DNA of 64,000 bases from an uncultured Gammaproteobacteria bacterium (GTDB taxonomy: Bacteria; Pseudomonadota; Gammaproteobacteria; UBA9214). The stretch spans positions 32,001 to 96,000 of the forward strand of contig CAVYZN010000016.1 in assembly GCA_963773065.1 (NCBI GenBank), written 5' to 3'. Position numbers and translations under genes: made by a program. Positions 55,399-64,000 of the stretch are shown piece by piece; positions within the stretch are counted from its first letter, which is position 1, and every line of letters starts with the position of its first letter. The notes under the pieces were generated by a model that saw only the letters and a program-made list of their open reading frames with translations, did not search any database and was not told the DNA's origin.

Positions 55399-55517
55399 TG
55401 TAGTCTCCTTAACCTTATCGGTTGATCGAGTCGCCGAACGCGCCTGCTGCGCCTAGCGAACCTCGTTGTGTGTGTCAGGATGAGTGGCTGGCGGCTAGCC
55501 TGTTCAGGCGCCGACGA

Positions 55518-56030
55518 TCAGACGTGCAAGGCATCGACGCTCCAGCCTACCCCACCTGCCATGGCTTCAGGATGGTTCCGATGGACCATTGCCTCCACTT
55601 TGGCTACCTGCCAGACGGGCACATCGATCATCAGCAGTATCTCCCGGTGTTTCATCGCACTCTGGAATTCGGCCAGATGGACGTTGGGGACGCGCATGAC
55701 AAATTCCAGCCCCAACAGAAAAGATGCCAGCATCACTCCCGCCGGTATCGCTAGCCAAAACCAGGGTGCCTGCAGCAGCGCAAGCACCACCAGCGCACTT
55801 AATGCCATGAAAAACAGGGTCAGATTGCCGCCCCACAGATAATTCTCGATGCGTGCCCCAAGATCATCACGCTGCGTCGGCGAAGCGACGGGTAATCCAC
55901 CCACTTCACCACCGCGTCCCGCGATGGCATGCATAGAATTACGCTCGAATCCCCGCAATTCCAAGTCACTTACCAACGCTCGGGCATGTTCGCTATCGGG
56001 CGACAGAAAATAGAGACGTCGCTTAATCAT
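55518..56030 (-). CDS. membrane protein, DUF1269-like
   Basis: RRLYFL.PD, two TM segments, F..A....ILLMIDVP; GAGGAG RBS. Confidence 0.7.
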   Translation of the reverse strand: MIKRRLYFLSPDSEHARALVSDLELRGFERNSMHAIAGRGGEVGGLPVASPTQRDDLGARIENYLWGGNLTLFFMALSALVVLALLQAPWFWLAIPAGVMLASFLLGLEFVMRVPNVHLAEFQSAMKHREILLMIDVPVWQVAKVEAMVHRNHPEAMAGGVGWSVDALHV

Positions 56031-56299
56031 AGGCTCCTCGCTAGAACGGTCTGATGCTGGATCCCTCCAGCTCGCCGGCCGTGGGATGTTTACCCAACAT
56101 GTTCATCACGCCACGGATCTAATTCTTGGTACTTAATAAACATAGTAAACCTGAGTGTTTTAGTCAAGTATTATGCGCCGCTGACCGATTGCGTATTTTT
56201 CTACCAATTCGCGCCATGGCTCTTACTCTGAAGCTGAGAGTGCGTCAGCAGCCGACGGCCATCTCTTTGACGGGACAATCGGCGGACGTCCTGTAATCG

Positions 56300-56761
56300 C
56301 TACGCGTCCACATTGATGGGCAGGGCGGTGGTGTACTTCATCTGTTCCATGGCGAAACTCGAGGTGACATTGGATAGTTCGATGCGGTCGATCAGCTTCT
56401 TGTAAAACCGGTCGTAGGCCTCGATGCTGTCGACCGCGACACGCAGCAGGTAATCAATTTCACCGCTCATGCGATAAACCTCCATAACCTCCGGCAGGTT
56501 ACTGACCGCCTTGTCGAAGCGCGCTATCCATTCCCTGGTGTGCTGGTCGGTCTTGATCGCCACGAAGACCGTGACATCGGCGTTGACTTTTTTGGGGTCC
56601 AACAGCGCGACCCTGGCTCGAATGTAGCCCTCCGTTTCCAGTTTTTGAATCCGCTTCCAGCATGGCGTAACCGACAGGGGGATTTGCCCGGCAATTTGTT
56701 TAACTGTCAGGCTGGCATCTGTTTGGAGGAGATTCAGTATTTTCCTGTCAGTCGCATCCAT
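56300..56761 (-). CDS. Lrp/AsnC regulator (DecR-like)
   Basis: DRKIL.LLQ.D, LSVTPCWKRIQKLE, YRMSGEIDYLLRV, SSFAMEQMKYTTALP. Confidence 0.92.
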   Translation of the reverse strand: MDATDRKILNLLQTDASLTVKQIAGQIPLSVTPCWKRIQKLETEGYIRARVALLDPKKVNADVTVFVAIKTDQHTREWIARFDKAVSNLPEVMEVYRMSGEIDYLLRVAVDSIEAYDRFYKKLIDRIELSNVTSSFAMEQMKYTTALPINVDA

Positions 56762-56925
56762 AGATAAATATCCTATTTATACGGATTATACAAATAATAT
56801 ATTTTCACAATAGCAGATACCCTGCGTATTATAATAATTATTTTCTACAGATAATAGAATATGGATAAAAACAATATAGACTGATATCTACCGTCGGCAG
56901 TTGACATTACGCTAGGAGAGGAACG

Positions 56926-57345
56926 ATGGAATCCGTCATGAATCCGCTGGAAATCACAGGATTACCGTCCAATGTCGGCAGTTGGAGCGCGGTCAGCATC
57001 CCCGGGTTTCTCATCGCGGTTCTCAACCGCTGGCAGAGACACTTGGGGAGACTGCCGGCGCGATTTGTGTTGGTCGCCTGCCCACAGGTGGAAGTCAATG
57101 CCGTGGGGGGTCTTCCGTCCCGGGTCAGGGAACTGACGAATCCGCGTCAGCGGTTGCAGCATTTTACCGGTTGTCACAAGCCCTATCTGGTCATATTCCT
57201 GGTGGGCGAGGATACTGAAGCCCGCCGTGAAGAAATCCAGAAATGGCTCTCGTGGTCTGAAGGCTATCAGGTGGAATTCACGGACGGGACTCTACGACTG
57301 CGTTTCATCGAAGCAATCGAGGAGCGTGACGACGTCGCCGCATAA
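56926..57345 (+). CDS. hypothetical protein divergent from the Lrp regulator
   Basis: AGGAG RBS; follows an AT-rich intergenic region. Confidence 0.55.
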   Translation: MESVMNPLEITGLPSNVGSWSAVSIPGFLIAVLNRWQRHLGRLPARFVLVACPQVEVNAVGGLPSRVRELTNPRQRLQHFTGCHKPYLVIFLVGEDTEARREEIQKWLSWSEGYQVEFTDGTLRLRFIEAIEERDDVAA

Positions 57346-57741
57346 GGGCATGAGGGAAATGCGCGGGGCCGGTGACCGCCACGCGGGTTCGAACGGGAAC
57401 GCGATACCACCTCATGGCATCGAAGGAAAGCCGGCTTCATTCGGCCCATGCCATACCCGCGCAAGCGGGACAACCCCTCAGTAGCTTTGAGCAGCCGCAG
57501 ATAGGCTCGCACCGCGAATACTCAGAGTAGTTCGCGCACATCCCGCGCAAGATCAGTATTGTTTCGTCGCACCGGCGGGTCATAGCTGGAAATTCCACGC
57601 CAATGGGCTAATCTGACAGTTGTCTCTCGTGCGGTGACCACGGCCATACCCATGGTGCGAACGGCAACCGTGAACAGGCTCGATTGGCGGGAGACAGTCC
57701 GGGAATTACCTGCTACTGACTAACGTTCATGGAGAAGACTT

Positions 57742-58011
57742 ATGATGATGACACGCAAGAAAATGACGGGCCTGCTGCTGGCTACAACCGCCGCCGCGCT
57801 GTTTAGCACCGCGAACATCACGGCAGCCGCAGAGGAAACCGCGAAAAGCGCGGAGGTGAAGTGCATGGGCATCAATTCCTGCAAGGGTACTTCCGAGTGC
57901 GCGAGCGCAACCAATTCCTGCAAGGGACATAATAGCTGCAAGGGCCAGGGTTGGGTGCACGCGAGCAAGGAGGACTGCACCGCCAAGGGCGGCAGCGTAA
58001 TCGAAAAGTAA
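57742..58011 (+). CDS. Cys-rich RiPP precursor with signal peptide (bufferin BufA-like)
   Basis: signal peptide then [32 protein letters not shown]; upstream of DUF692. Confidence 0.88.
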   Translation: MMMTRKKMTGLLLATTAAALFSTANITAAAEETAKSAEVKCMGINSCKGTSECASATNSCKGHNSCKGQGWVHASKEDCTAKGGSVIEK

Positions 58012-58024
58012 TACCGCTACAAAT

Positions 58025-58055
58025 GCCAGGGCGCCGTCCGGCTCCCTGGCGTTTT
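58025..58055 (+). terminator. hairpin after the precursor gene
   Basis: gccagggcgccg-tc-cggctccctggc followed by gtttt. Confidence 0.6.
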
Positions 58056-58199
58056 CAACCAACGGTGTACCAACGACATAATCGGGCCGGTCGCACCGGA
58101 GCGCAGGCGCGGCGGAGCGGATCAGCGTTGCCGCTGCCTGCCGGCCGGCGCTACCATGTCCATCAGTACCCCGCACCCGCGCGGCGTACCATCAGGAAC

Positions 58200-59075
58200 A
58201 TGATGGCGAAGTCAGAGCAAGGCCAAACCCGATTCCCGGATCTCGGCTTCGGGCTGGGTTTGCGCACGCAGCACTATCAGGAAATCCTGGACAGCGCTCC
58301 GCCCGTGGACTGGTTCGAGGCGCTGACGGAGAACTATCTCGTCCCCGGCGGCAAACCGCTCCATTATCTGGAGCAGGTCCGCGCCCGTTATCCGCTCGTT
58401 CTGCACGGGGTATCCCTGTCCATCGGCAGTTCCGATCCCCTCAATTGGGACTATCTGCGGCAGCTCAAGGCGCTGGCGGCCCGCATCGAGCCGATCTGGA
58501 TCTCCGATCATTTGTGTTGGACGGGGCTTAACGGGCGCAACCTGCATGATCTCCTGCCCTTGCCCTACACGGAGGAGGCCGTGCTCCACGTGAGCGATCG
58601 CATCCGGGCGGTGCAGGATTTCCTCGGCCGCCGCCTGCTGATCGAGAACGTATCGAGTTACCTCACCTATACCGATTCCTGCATGAGCGAGTGGGAGTTC
58701 CTGAGCGCGGTCGCCGGGCGCGCCGACTGCCTGATACTGCTCGACATCAACAACATCTACGTCAGCAGTTTCAACCATGAATTCGATCCGCTGGAGTACC
58801 TGCGGGGAGTACCCGTGGAGCGGGTACAGCAGTTCCACATCGCCGGGCATCGCAATCACGGCGACTATATCGTCGATACGCACGACGAACCGGTGATCGA
58901 TCCGGTGTGGCGACTGTACGCCGACGCCTGCCGGCGCTTCGGACCGGTGTCCACCATGATCGAACGGGATGACAACATCCCCCCGCTCGCGCAATTGCTG
59001 GAGGAGCTCGATCGGGCGCGCCGCATCGCGGCCGGCATGGCCGTGCAGGCTCCGGAACGGGCAGGCGCCACATGA
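58200..59075 (+). CDS. DUF692 multinuclear non-heme iron oxidase (MNIO)
   Basis: [57 protein letters not shown]. Confidence 0.95.
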   Translation: MMAKSEQGQTRFPDLGFGLGLRTQHYQEILDSAPPVDWFEALTENYLVPGGKPLHYLEQVRARYPLVLHGVSLSIGSSDPLNWDYLRQLKALAARIEPIWISDHLCWTGLNGRNLHDLLPLPYTEEAVLHVSDRIRAVQDFLGRRLLIENVSSYLTYTDSCMSEWEFLSAVAGRADCLILLDINNIYVSSFNHEFDPLEYLRGVPVERVQQFHIAGHRNHGDYIVDTHDEPVIDPVWRLYADACRRFGPVSTMIERDDNIPPLAQLLEELDRARRIAAGMAVQAPERAGAT

Positions 59076-59860
59076 GCAGCGGCAGTCTGCGCGAGCTGCA
59101 GGAACAGTTCCAGTCCCATCTGCTGCATGGCGATCCCCGCGTGCAGGATCGCATCATCGGCACACCCCGGGTGGACGCGCACACGCGGCTCGCGATCTAT
59201 GGCGATGCCTATCGCCTGCGATTGCTGGAGGCATTGAGGACTGACTTTCCCGCGCTGCATACGCTCGCGGGTGACGCGGAATTCGAACGCATCGGGCGCG
59301 CGTACATCGACGCCCATCCCTCCGGGCACTTCTCGATCCGTTATTTCGGCCGCCGGCTCGGCGAGTTCTTGCGGCGGGACGAGCGCTGCCGGCGGATCCC
59401 GGTGTTTGCGGAGATGGCCGATTTCGAGTGGGCCTTGGGTTTGTCCTTCGATGCCCCCGACAGCGGGGTGATCGGCGTGGAGGACGTCGCCGCGATTCCA
59501 GCCGCGGCGTGGGCCGGGATGCGCATCGGCCTGCATCCCTCGCTGCAGCGGCTGGATCTGATCTGGAACGTGCCCGGACTCTGGAATGCGATTGATGAGG
59601 AGCAGCCGCCACAGGCGCCGGTCGCCGCCGACTGCCCGCTTGCCTGGATCATCTGGCGCCGGGAATTGCGCACGCTTTTCCGTTCCCTGCCGGTGGATGA
59701 AGCCTGGGCGATCGATTTCCTGGGGCAAGGACACGGCTTCGCGGAGATGTGCGAAGGGTTGTGCGAGTGGGTCGACGCGGCAGTGGCGGGAGCGCAGGCG
59801 GCGCTGTTCATGCGCCGCTGGGTGCAGGACGGACTCATCGCCCGCATCGATCTGGATTAA
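59072..59860 (+). CDS. DUF2063-family MNIO partner protein
   Basis: RLAIY..AY..RL..AL..DFP; MADFEWA; overlaps the DUF692 stop. Confidence 0.88.
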   Translation: MSSGSLRELQEQFQSHLLHGDPRVQDRIIGTPRVDAHTRLAIYGDAYRLRLLEALRTDFPALHTLAGDAEFERIGRAYIDAHPSGHFSIRYFGRRLGEFLRRDERCRRIPVFAEMADFEWALGLSFDAPDSGVIGVEDVAAIPAAAWAGMRIGLHPSLQRLDLIWNVPGLWNAIDEEQPPQAPVAADCPLAWIIWRRELRTLFRSLPVDEAWAIDFLGQGHGFAEMCEGLCEWVDAAVAGAQAALFMRRWVQDGLIARIDLD

Positions 59861-59908
59861 CCCGGATTATTAACCGCCAAGCCAGGATAACAGGGTACCG
59901 CTGTTGCC

Positions 59909-60526
59909 ATGTGGACGTGGTCGCTCAACTGGGGAGAAGTCTCGCCGCACATCGTGGTGGGAACCTGTCCGATGGCGCCGGAGGATGTCGGGCGCATCCA
60001 GGCGGGGGCGGGGGTATCCGCCGTCCTGTCCCTGCAGCATGACGACTGTCTGGCGTACTGGGGCATCGACTATGACGCCATGCACAACCAGGGATCGCGG
60101 CTCGGTCTCACCATGAGACGGTGCCCGCTCCGTGATTTCGACATCCCGAACCAGCGTGAGCGGCTGCCGCATGCCGTTGCGGCGCTGACCCGCCTGCGCT
60201 CGGAGGGACACCGCATCTACGTGCATTGCACCGCGGGTTTGGGTCGGGCGCCACTGACGGTATTGGCTTACCTCACCTGGGTGGAGGGTCAGCCGCCCGA
60301 GTGCGCGATACGCACGATTCATAACGCGCGGCCAGGCGCGGTGCCCGCCTGGGAGGCTTATCATGGGTGCCGCGCAGACCTCGTCGCGAGATACCGTTCG
60401 ATGATCGAGCGGCGGGCCTATGAACTGCATGAAAAAGGCGGCCCAAGAACCGCGCTCGATAACTGGGTCGATGCCGAAACCGGGGTCATCCGATCCGCGC
60501 TCATGGAATTATCCCTGCTCGGATAA
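59909..60526 (+). CDS. dual-specificity phosphatase, LSF2/SEX4-like, with DUF2934-like tail
   Basis: YVHCTAGLGRAP active loop, RDFD acid loop, LSLQ..D..YWGID; tail IERRAYEL.E.GG..ALDNW..AE. Confidence 0.85.
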   Translation: MWTWSLNWGEVSPHIVVGTCPMAPEDVGRIQAGAGVSAVLSLQHDDCLAYWGIDYDAMHNQGSRLGLTMRRCPLRDFDIPNQRERLPHAVAALTRLRSEGHRIYVHCTAGLGRAPLTVLAYLTWVEGQPPECAIRTIHNARPGAVPAWEAYHGCRADLVARYRSMIERRAYELHEKGGPRTALDNWVDAETGVIRSALMELSLLG

Positions 60527-60537
60527 CAGGCTAAAGC

Positions 60538-62142
60538 TCATTGAAACAGGGATTTCAATTTGTCCAGGGTCCGCTTTGAGACATCTGAAACTGCGTTGGT
60601 GCTCTCGAGTTCCAACAGGCGTTTGTTGTCCGGATCAACCGCCAGTCCCCGATCTCGATAGACTTGCGCCTTGCCGTAATGGAACTGGTCGAGCTCCCGT
60701 TGCGCCAGGTCGGCGTAGCGATCGGCGATCTGCGCCACGCCCGTTAACGCCTCCTCGTTATCGGGATCCTCTGCCAGGATCCTCTGGTAATAGTAATACG
60801 CGTTGTTCATTTCCGGTGTGGTGAGACGGTAGTCATCCAGCGCCTGCCTGGCCAGCAACAAGTCATTCTCACGTTGCAGTGTCAGGTCATCGCTCAGGCG
60901 CAGCACAACCTTTTGTGTTGTTGCCTTACCAGCCGGCAAACTCACGGTTTGCTCTTCCTCCGTCATCATCAACGGTTCTGAGATGAACAATTTTAAGGTG
61001 ACAGTCAACAATAGCAACATCACCGCGCCGGTTAGCGCCCAGCGGATGCGGACGTGGTCAGCAAGGATTTCCTGCAACTTCCGGAATGCGACTCGCGACC
61101 GGTGACCGAGCTGGTAAACAGTATCCGCACCGGCTCTGTCGTGATCTATCGGCAATCGTTCCCTGCGTTGTCCTACTTCCACGGTAACTGCTCCCTGCGT
61201 TACCCTACCTCCTACATCCCTGTAGTCGTGCATTTTTGCAGTCATACGAGCGGCGATCCTGGCGGCGATGACTTTTATCCGCGCCCATGGCCTGGAATTG
61301 CGCAGGTCCCGGACAGCACCGGCTACTGCCGCTGCAGCGACGCCCCGCGGCCGGTGCTGCCGAAGCTCCCGGATGATCCCGACCATTTCCCCGGCGGTGG
61401 CGTAGCGGTCGTCAGGCGCTTTCGCGACCATCCGTTCGATCAACTCCTGATAACGGCTCAGCTCCGCCGGCAAAGCGGGACAAGGCCTGGTCAGGTGGGC
61501 CATGATGGTTTCGATCGGAGAGTCGCCCTGAAATGGCTTAACGCCCGTCAGCATCTCATAGAGAATGATGCCGAGCCCGTAGATGTCGGCGCGCCCGTCC
61601 AATGGTTTGCATTCGGCCTGTTCCGGGCTGAGGTAATACGGGCTGCCCAGCGCGGTGCTGTCCAGCGTCAGCCGGATGTCATTCTCCAGGTGCTTGGCGA
61701 TCCCGAAATCGGTGAGTACCGGGGTCCCGTCCTTGCGAAACAGGATGTTCGCCGGCTTGATGTCGCGGTGAATGATGTCTCTGCGGTGCAGGAAATCCAG
61801 GCAGCCGCCGATGATCTCCGCCAGCTCGAGCGCCGCCTCGATGTTCATGCCCTTGCTGATCCGCTTCTCCAGGTCGCCATCCTCGAGGTATTCCATGGAT
61901 ATGTAGTGCCGCTCGCCGACGACGCCGATATCGTGGATGGTGATGATGTTGCGGTGATTGAGCGAGGCGATGATCCGGCCCTCGTTGCGGAACCGGGTGG
62001 ACTGCAGGGGGTTATCGATATTCTTCAGCAGTTTGAGGGCGACCTGCCGCTCCAGGGATTCCTGTATGGCCAGGTGCACGGATGCCATGCCGCCATCGGC
62101 GATGGGTCGTATGATTTTGTAGCCGGGTATCTGCAGATCCAT
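60538..62142 (-). CDS. Hanks-type Ser/Thr protein kinase with TM and TPR-like C-terminus
   Basis: GGMASV, VALK, HRDIKPAN, TDFGIA, GSPYYLSPEQ. Confidence 0.93.
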   Translation of the reverse strand: MDLQIPGYKIIRPIADGGMASVHLAIQESLERQVALKLLKNIDNPLQSTRFRNEGRIIASLNHRNIITIHDIGVVGERHYISMEYLEDGDLEKRISKGMNIEAALELAEIIGGCLDFLHRRDIIHRDIKPANILFRKDGTPVLTDFGIAKHLENDIRLTLDSTALGSPYYLSPEQAECKPLDGRADIYGLGIILYEMLTGVKPFQGDSPIETIMAHLTRPCPALPAELSRYQELIERMVAKAPDDRYATAGEMVGIIRELRQHRPRGVAAAAVAGAVRDLRNSRPWARIKVIAARIAARMTAKMHDYRDVGGRVTQGAVTVEVGQRRERLPIDHDRAGADTVYQLGHRSRVAFRKLQEILADHVRIRWALTGAVMLLLLTVTLKLFISEPLMMTEEEQTVSLPAGKATTQKVVLRLSDDLTLQRENDLLLARQALDDYRLTTPEMNNAYYYYQRILAEDPDNEEALTGVAQIADRYADLAQRELDQFHYGKAQVYRDRGLAVDPDNKRLLELESTNAVSDVSKRTLDKLKSLFQ

Positions 62143-62534
62143 GGTCTAGCGTTTAGTGAAGGCCGGTTAGAGAGCGGGCACTGCCCCGGGTATCACGTCC
62201 AAGGAGATTGGTCTACCACGGCGATGTTCATTGAACCCAGCCTGGAACAAGGCGTTAGTCACCGCTATCGACCGTACTATCGAATTCCTGAACGATCATG
62301 CCGTGGCCATGCTAAGGCCGTCGTTAGTGGATCCACTTTGCGAAGGTACGGTCGGGGATGGGCTTGCCGGGACCGTGTGCCGCCAGGACGGCGGCACCCG
62401 AGCCTACAGGGACGTATTCACGGCGTGTCCCGGCAAGTCCATCCCGGACCAGGTGGCACTTCGTGGTCTTGAGCGTTGGCAGGCAGACTCAACCCTCAGC
62501 GACAGGGATCAAAGGGCATCACCATCGGGACAGT

Positions 62535-64000
62535 TTACCGCTCGTCACGTTCGGACCGGGTAGCGGAGGCGGATTCGGTACCGTCGGTCTTGTCGCCGAG
62601 CAGCCGGCGCATCACGACATAGAACACCGGCACGAACAGCACGCCGAGCAGCGTCGCGCCGACCATGCCGCCCATCACATCCGTGCCGATCGCATGCCGG
62701 CTGTTGGCGCCGGCGCCGGTGGAGATGGCCAGCGGCAGCACGCCGAGGATGAAGGCGATGGAGGTCATCAGGATCGGCCGGAAGCGCAGCCGGCAGGCCT
62801 CCAGCGTGGCCTCCAGCAGGCCGCGGCCCTGCGCTCGCATGGTGTTGGCGAACTCGATGATCAGAATCGCGTTCTTGGCGGACAGGCCGATCACCGCGAT
62901 CAGGCCGACCTTGAAATACACGTCGTCCTCGAGGCCCCGCAGCCAGGTGAAGGTGAGCGCGCCCAGCACGCCGAGCGGCACCACCAGCATCACCGCCACC
63001 GGGATGGACCAGCTCTCGTAGAGCGCGGCCAGCGCGAGGAACACCACCAGCAGCGACAGGGCGAAGAGGATGGGCGCCTGCTGGCCGGAGATGATCTCCT
63101 GCAGCGACTGGCCGGACCATTCATAGCCGATGCCCTGGGGCAGATACTTCTTTACGATCTCCTGCATGGTGTCCATGGCCTGTCCGGAGCTGTAGCCCGG
63201 GGAGGGGGAACCGTTGATCTGGATCGCGGGGTGGCCGTTGTAGTGATCGATTGCCGGTGGTCCGAGCGTCCAGCTCGATGAGACGACGCTGGTGAGCGGT
63301 ACCATGTTATCGATGCCGCCCCGGCTGGCGGGAATGTAGTAATGGCTCAGGTCCTCGATACGGCTGCGGTAGTCGGCATCCGCCTGCAACAGCACCTTGA
63401 GTACGCGGCCCTGGTAGTTGAAATCATTGGCGTAGACCGGCGCCATCATCAGGCGGATGGCGTCGTAGATATCCGTCAGTGACAGTCCCATGGACTGCGC
63501 CTGCACGCGGTCCACCTCGAGGTGCAGTTCGGGCGCGTCCTCCAACTGGTTGGGCCGCACCCCGGACAGCACCGGATTGCCCGTGGCCTTGCCGAGCAGG
63601 GTATTGCGGGCCTGCATCAGCGGGTCGTGTCCCAGTCCGGCCCGGTCCTCGAGGCGGAAGTCGAAGCCGCCGAAGCGGCCCAGGCCGCGAATGGTGGGCA
63701 GGTTGATGACGAACAGGCGCGCGCCCTTGATGGCCTGCAGCGCGCCGTTCGTCCACTGGATGAAGGCATTGATCTGTTCGTCCGCCTTGCGGCGATCGTC
63801 CCAGTGCTTGAGGCGGATGAAGCCGAGGCCGACGTTCTCGCCCTGGCCGATGAAGCTGAAGCCCGCCACGTCGAGCACCTGTTCCACCGCCGGGCTCCGC
63901 TGAATGATGGTCTCCATCTGTCGCAGGATATCACCGGTGCGTTCCATGCTGGCGCCGGGCGGCAGTTGCACGATCACCAGCGCGTAGCCCTGGTCCTCCT
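62535..64000 (-). CDS. HAE1 RND efflux permease (AcrB/MexB-like), 5' part outside window
   Basis: LAALYESWSIP, GLSAKNAILIIEFA, RFRPILMTSIAFILGVLPL. Confidence 0.95.
   Translation of the reverse strand, partial: EDQGYALVIVQLPPGASMERTGDILRQMETIIQRSPAVEQVLDVAGFSFIGQGENVGLGFIRLKHWDDRRKADEQINAFIQWTNGALQAIKGARLFVINLPTIRGLGRFGGFDFRLEDRAGLGHDPLMQARNTLLGKATGNPVLSGVRPNQLEDAPELHLEVDRVQAQSMGLSLTDIYDAIRLMMAPVYANDFNYQGRVLKVLLQADADYRSRIEDLSHYYIPASRGGIDNMVPLTSVVSSSWTLGPPAIDHYNGHPAIQINGSPSPGYSSGQAMDTMQEIVKKYLPQGIGYEWSGQSLQEIISGQQAPILFALSLLVVFLALAALYESWSIPVAVMLVVPLGVLGALTFTWLRGLEDDVYFKVGLIAVIGLSAKNAILIIEFANTMRAQGRGLLEATLEACRLRFRPILMTSIAFILGVLPLAISTGAGANSRHAIGTDVMGGMVGATLLGVLFVPVFYVVMRRLLGDKTDGTESASATRSERDER

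Noticed and set aside
57346-57740. ncRNA or ECF promoter upstream of the RiPP precursor
   Set aside because: I could not identify a convincing structure or promoter consensus by eye
62143-62534. Possible small gene or hydrolase remnant (AWNKALVTAIDRTIEFL) between the kinase and the RND pump
   Set aside because: Too short, with no clear start or RBS; not supportable

Overview
This is 64 kb of a high-GC gammaproteobacterial chromosome. The gene set resembles Chromatiales/sulfur-oxidiser-type genomes, but that is an inference. Many genes are split by single-base indels, most likely uncorrected long-read errors. Housekeeping content includes dmeF, nadA, queD, fabA-fabB, yajQ, yggS, iscU, rsd, mazG, an mla cluster, ygiQ, recC-recB-recD and a partial RND pump. 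Accessory content includes a HipBA-type toxin-antitoxin pair, a GAF-PP2C-HATPase/STAS partner-switch module ahead of mlaEDAC, and a bufferin-type MNIO (DUF692) RiPP cluster. A small island at about 39.2-44.5 kb holds an IS1111-type IS110 element with a structured non-coding end (bridge/seek RNA candidate), two MITEs and many short palindromes. The most notable observations are: (1) a bacterial dual-specificity phosphatase that looks like the plant starch phosphatases LSF2/SEX4; (2) a REP-like palindrome doublet inserted in frame inside recC; (3) a cysteine-free IscR paralogue under a near-perfect type-1 IscR box; (4) the IS110 guide-RNA region. I saw no tRNA, rRNA or CRISPR array. All family assignments come from recognising motifs by eye, not from database searches.
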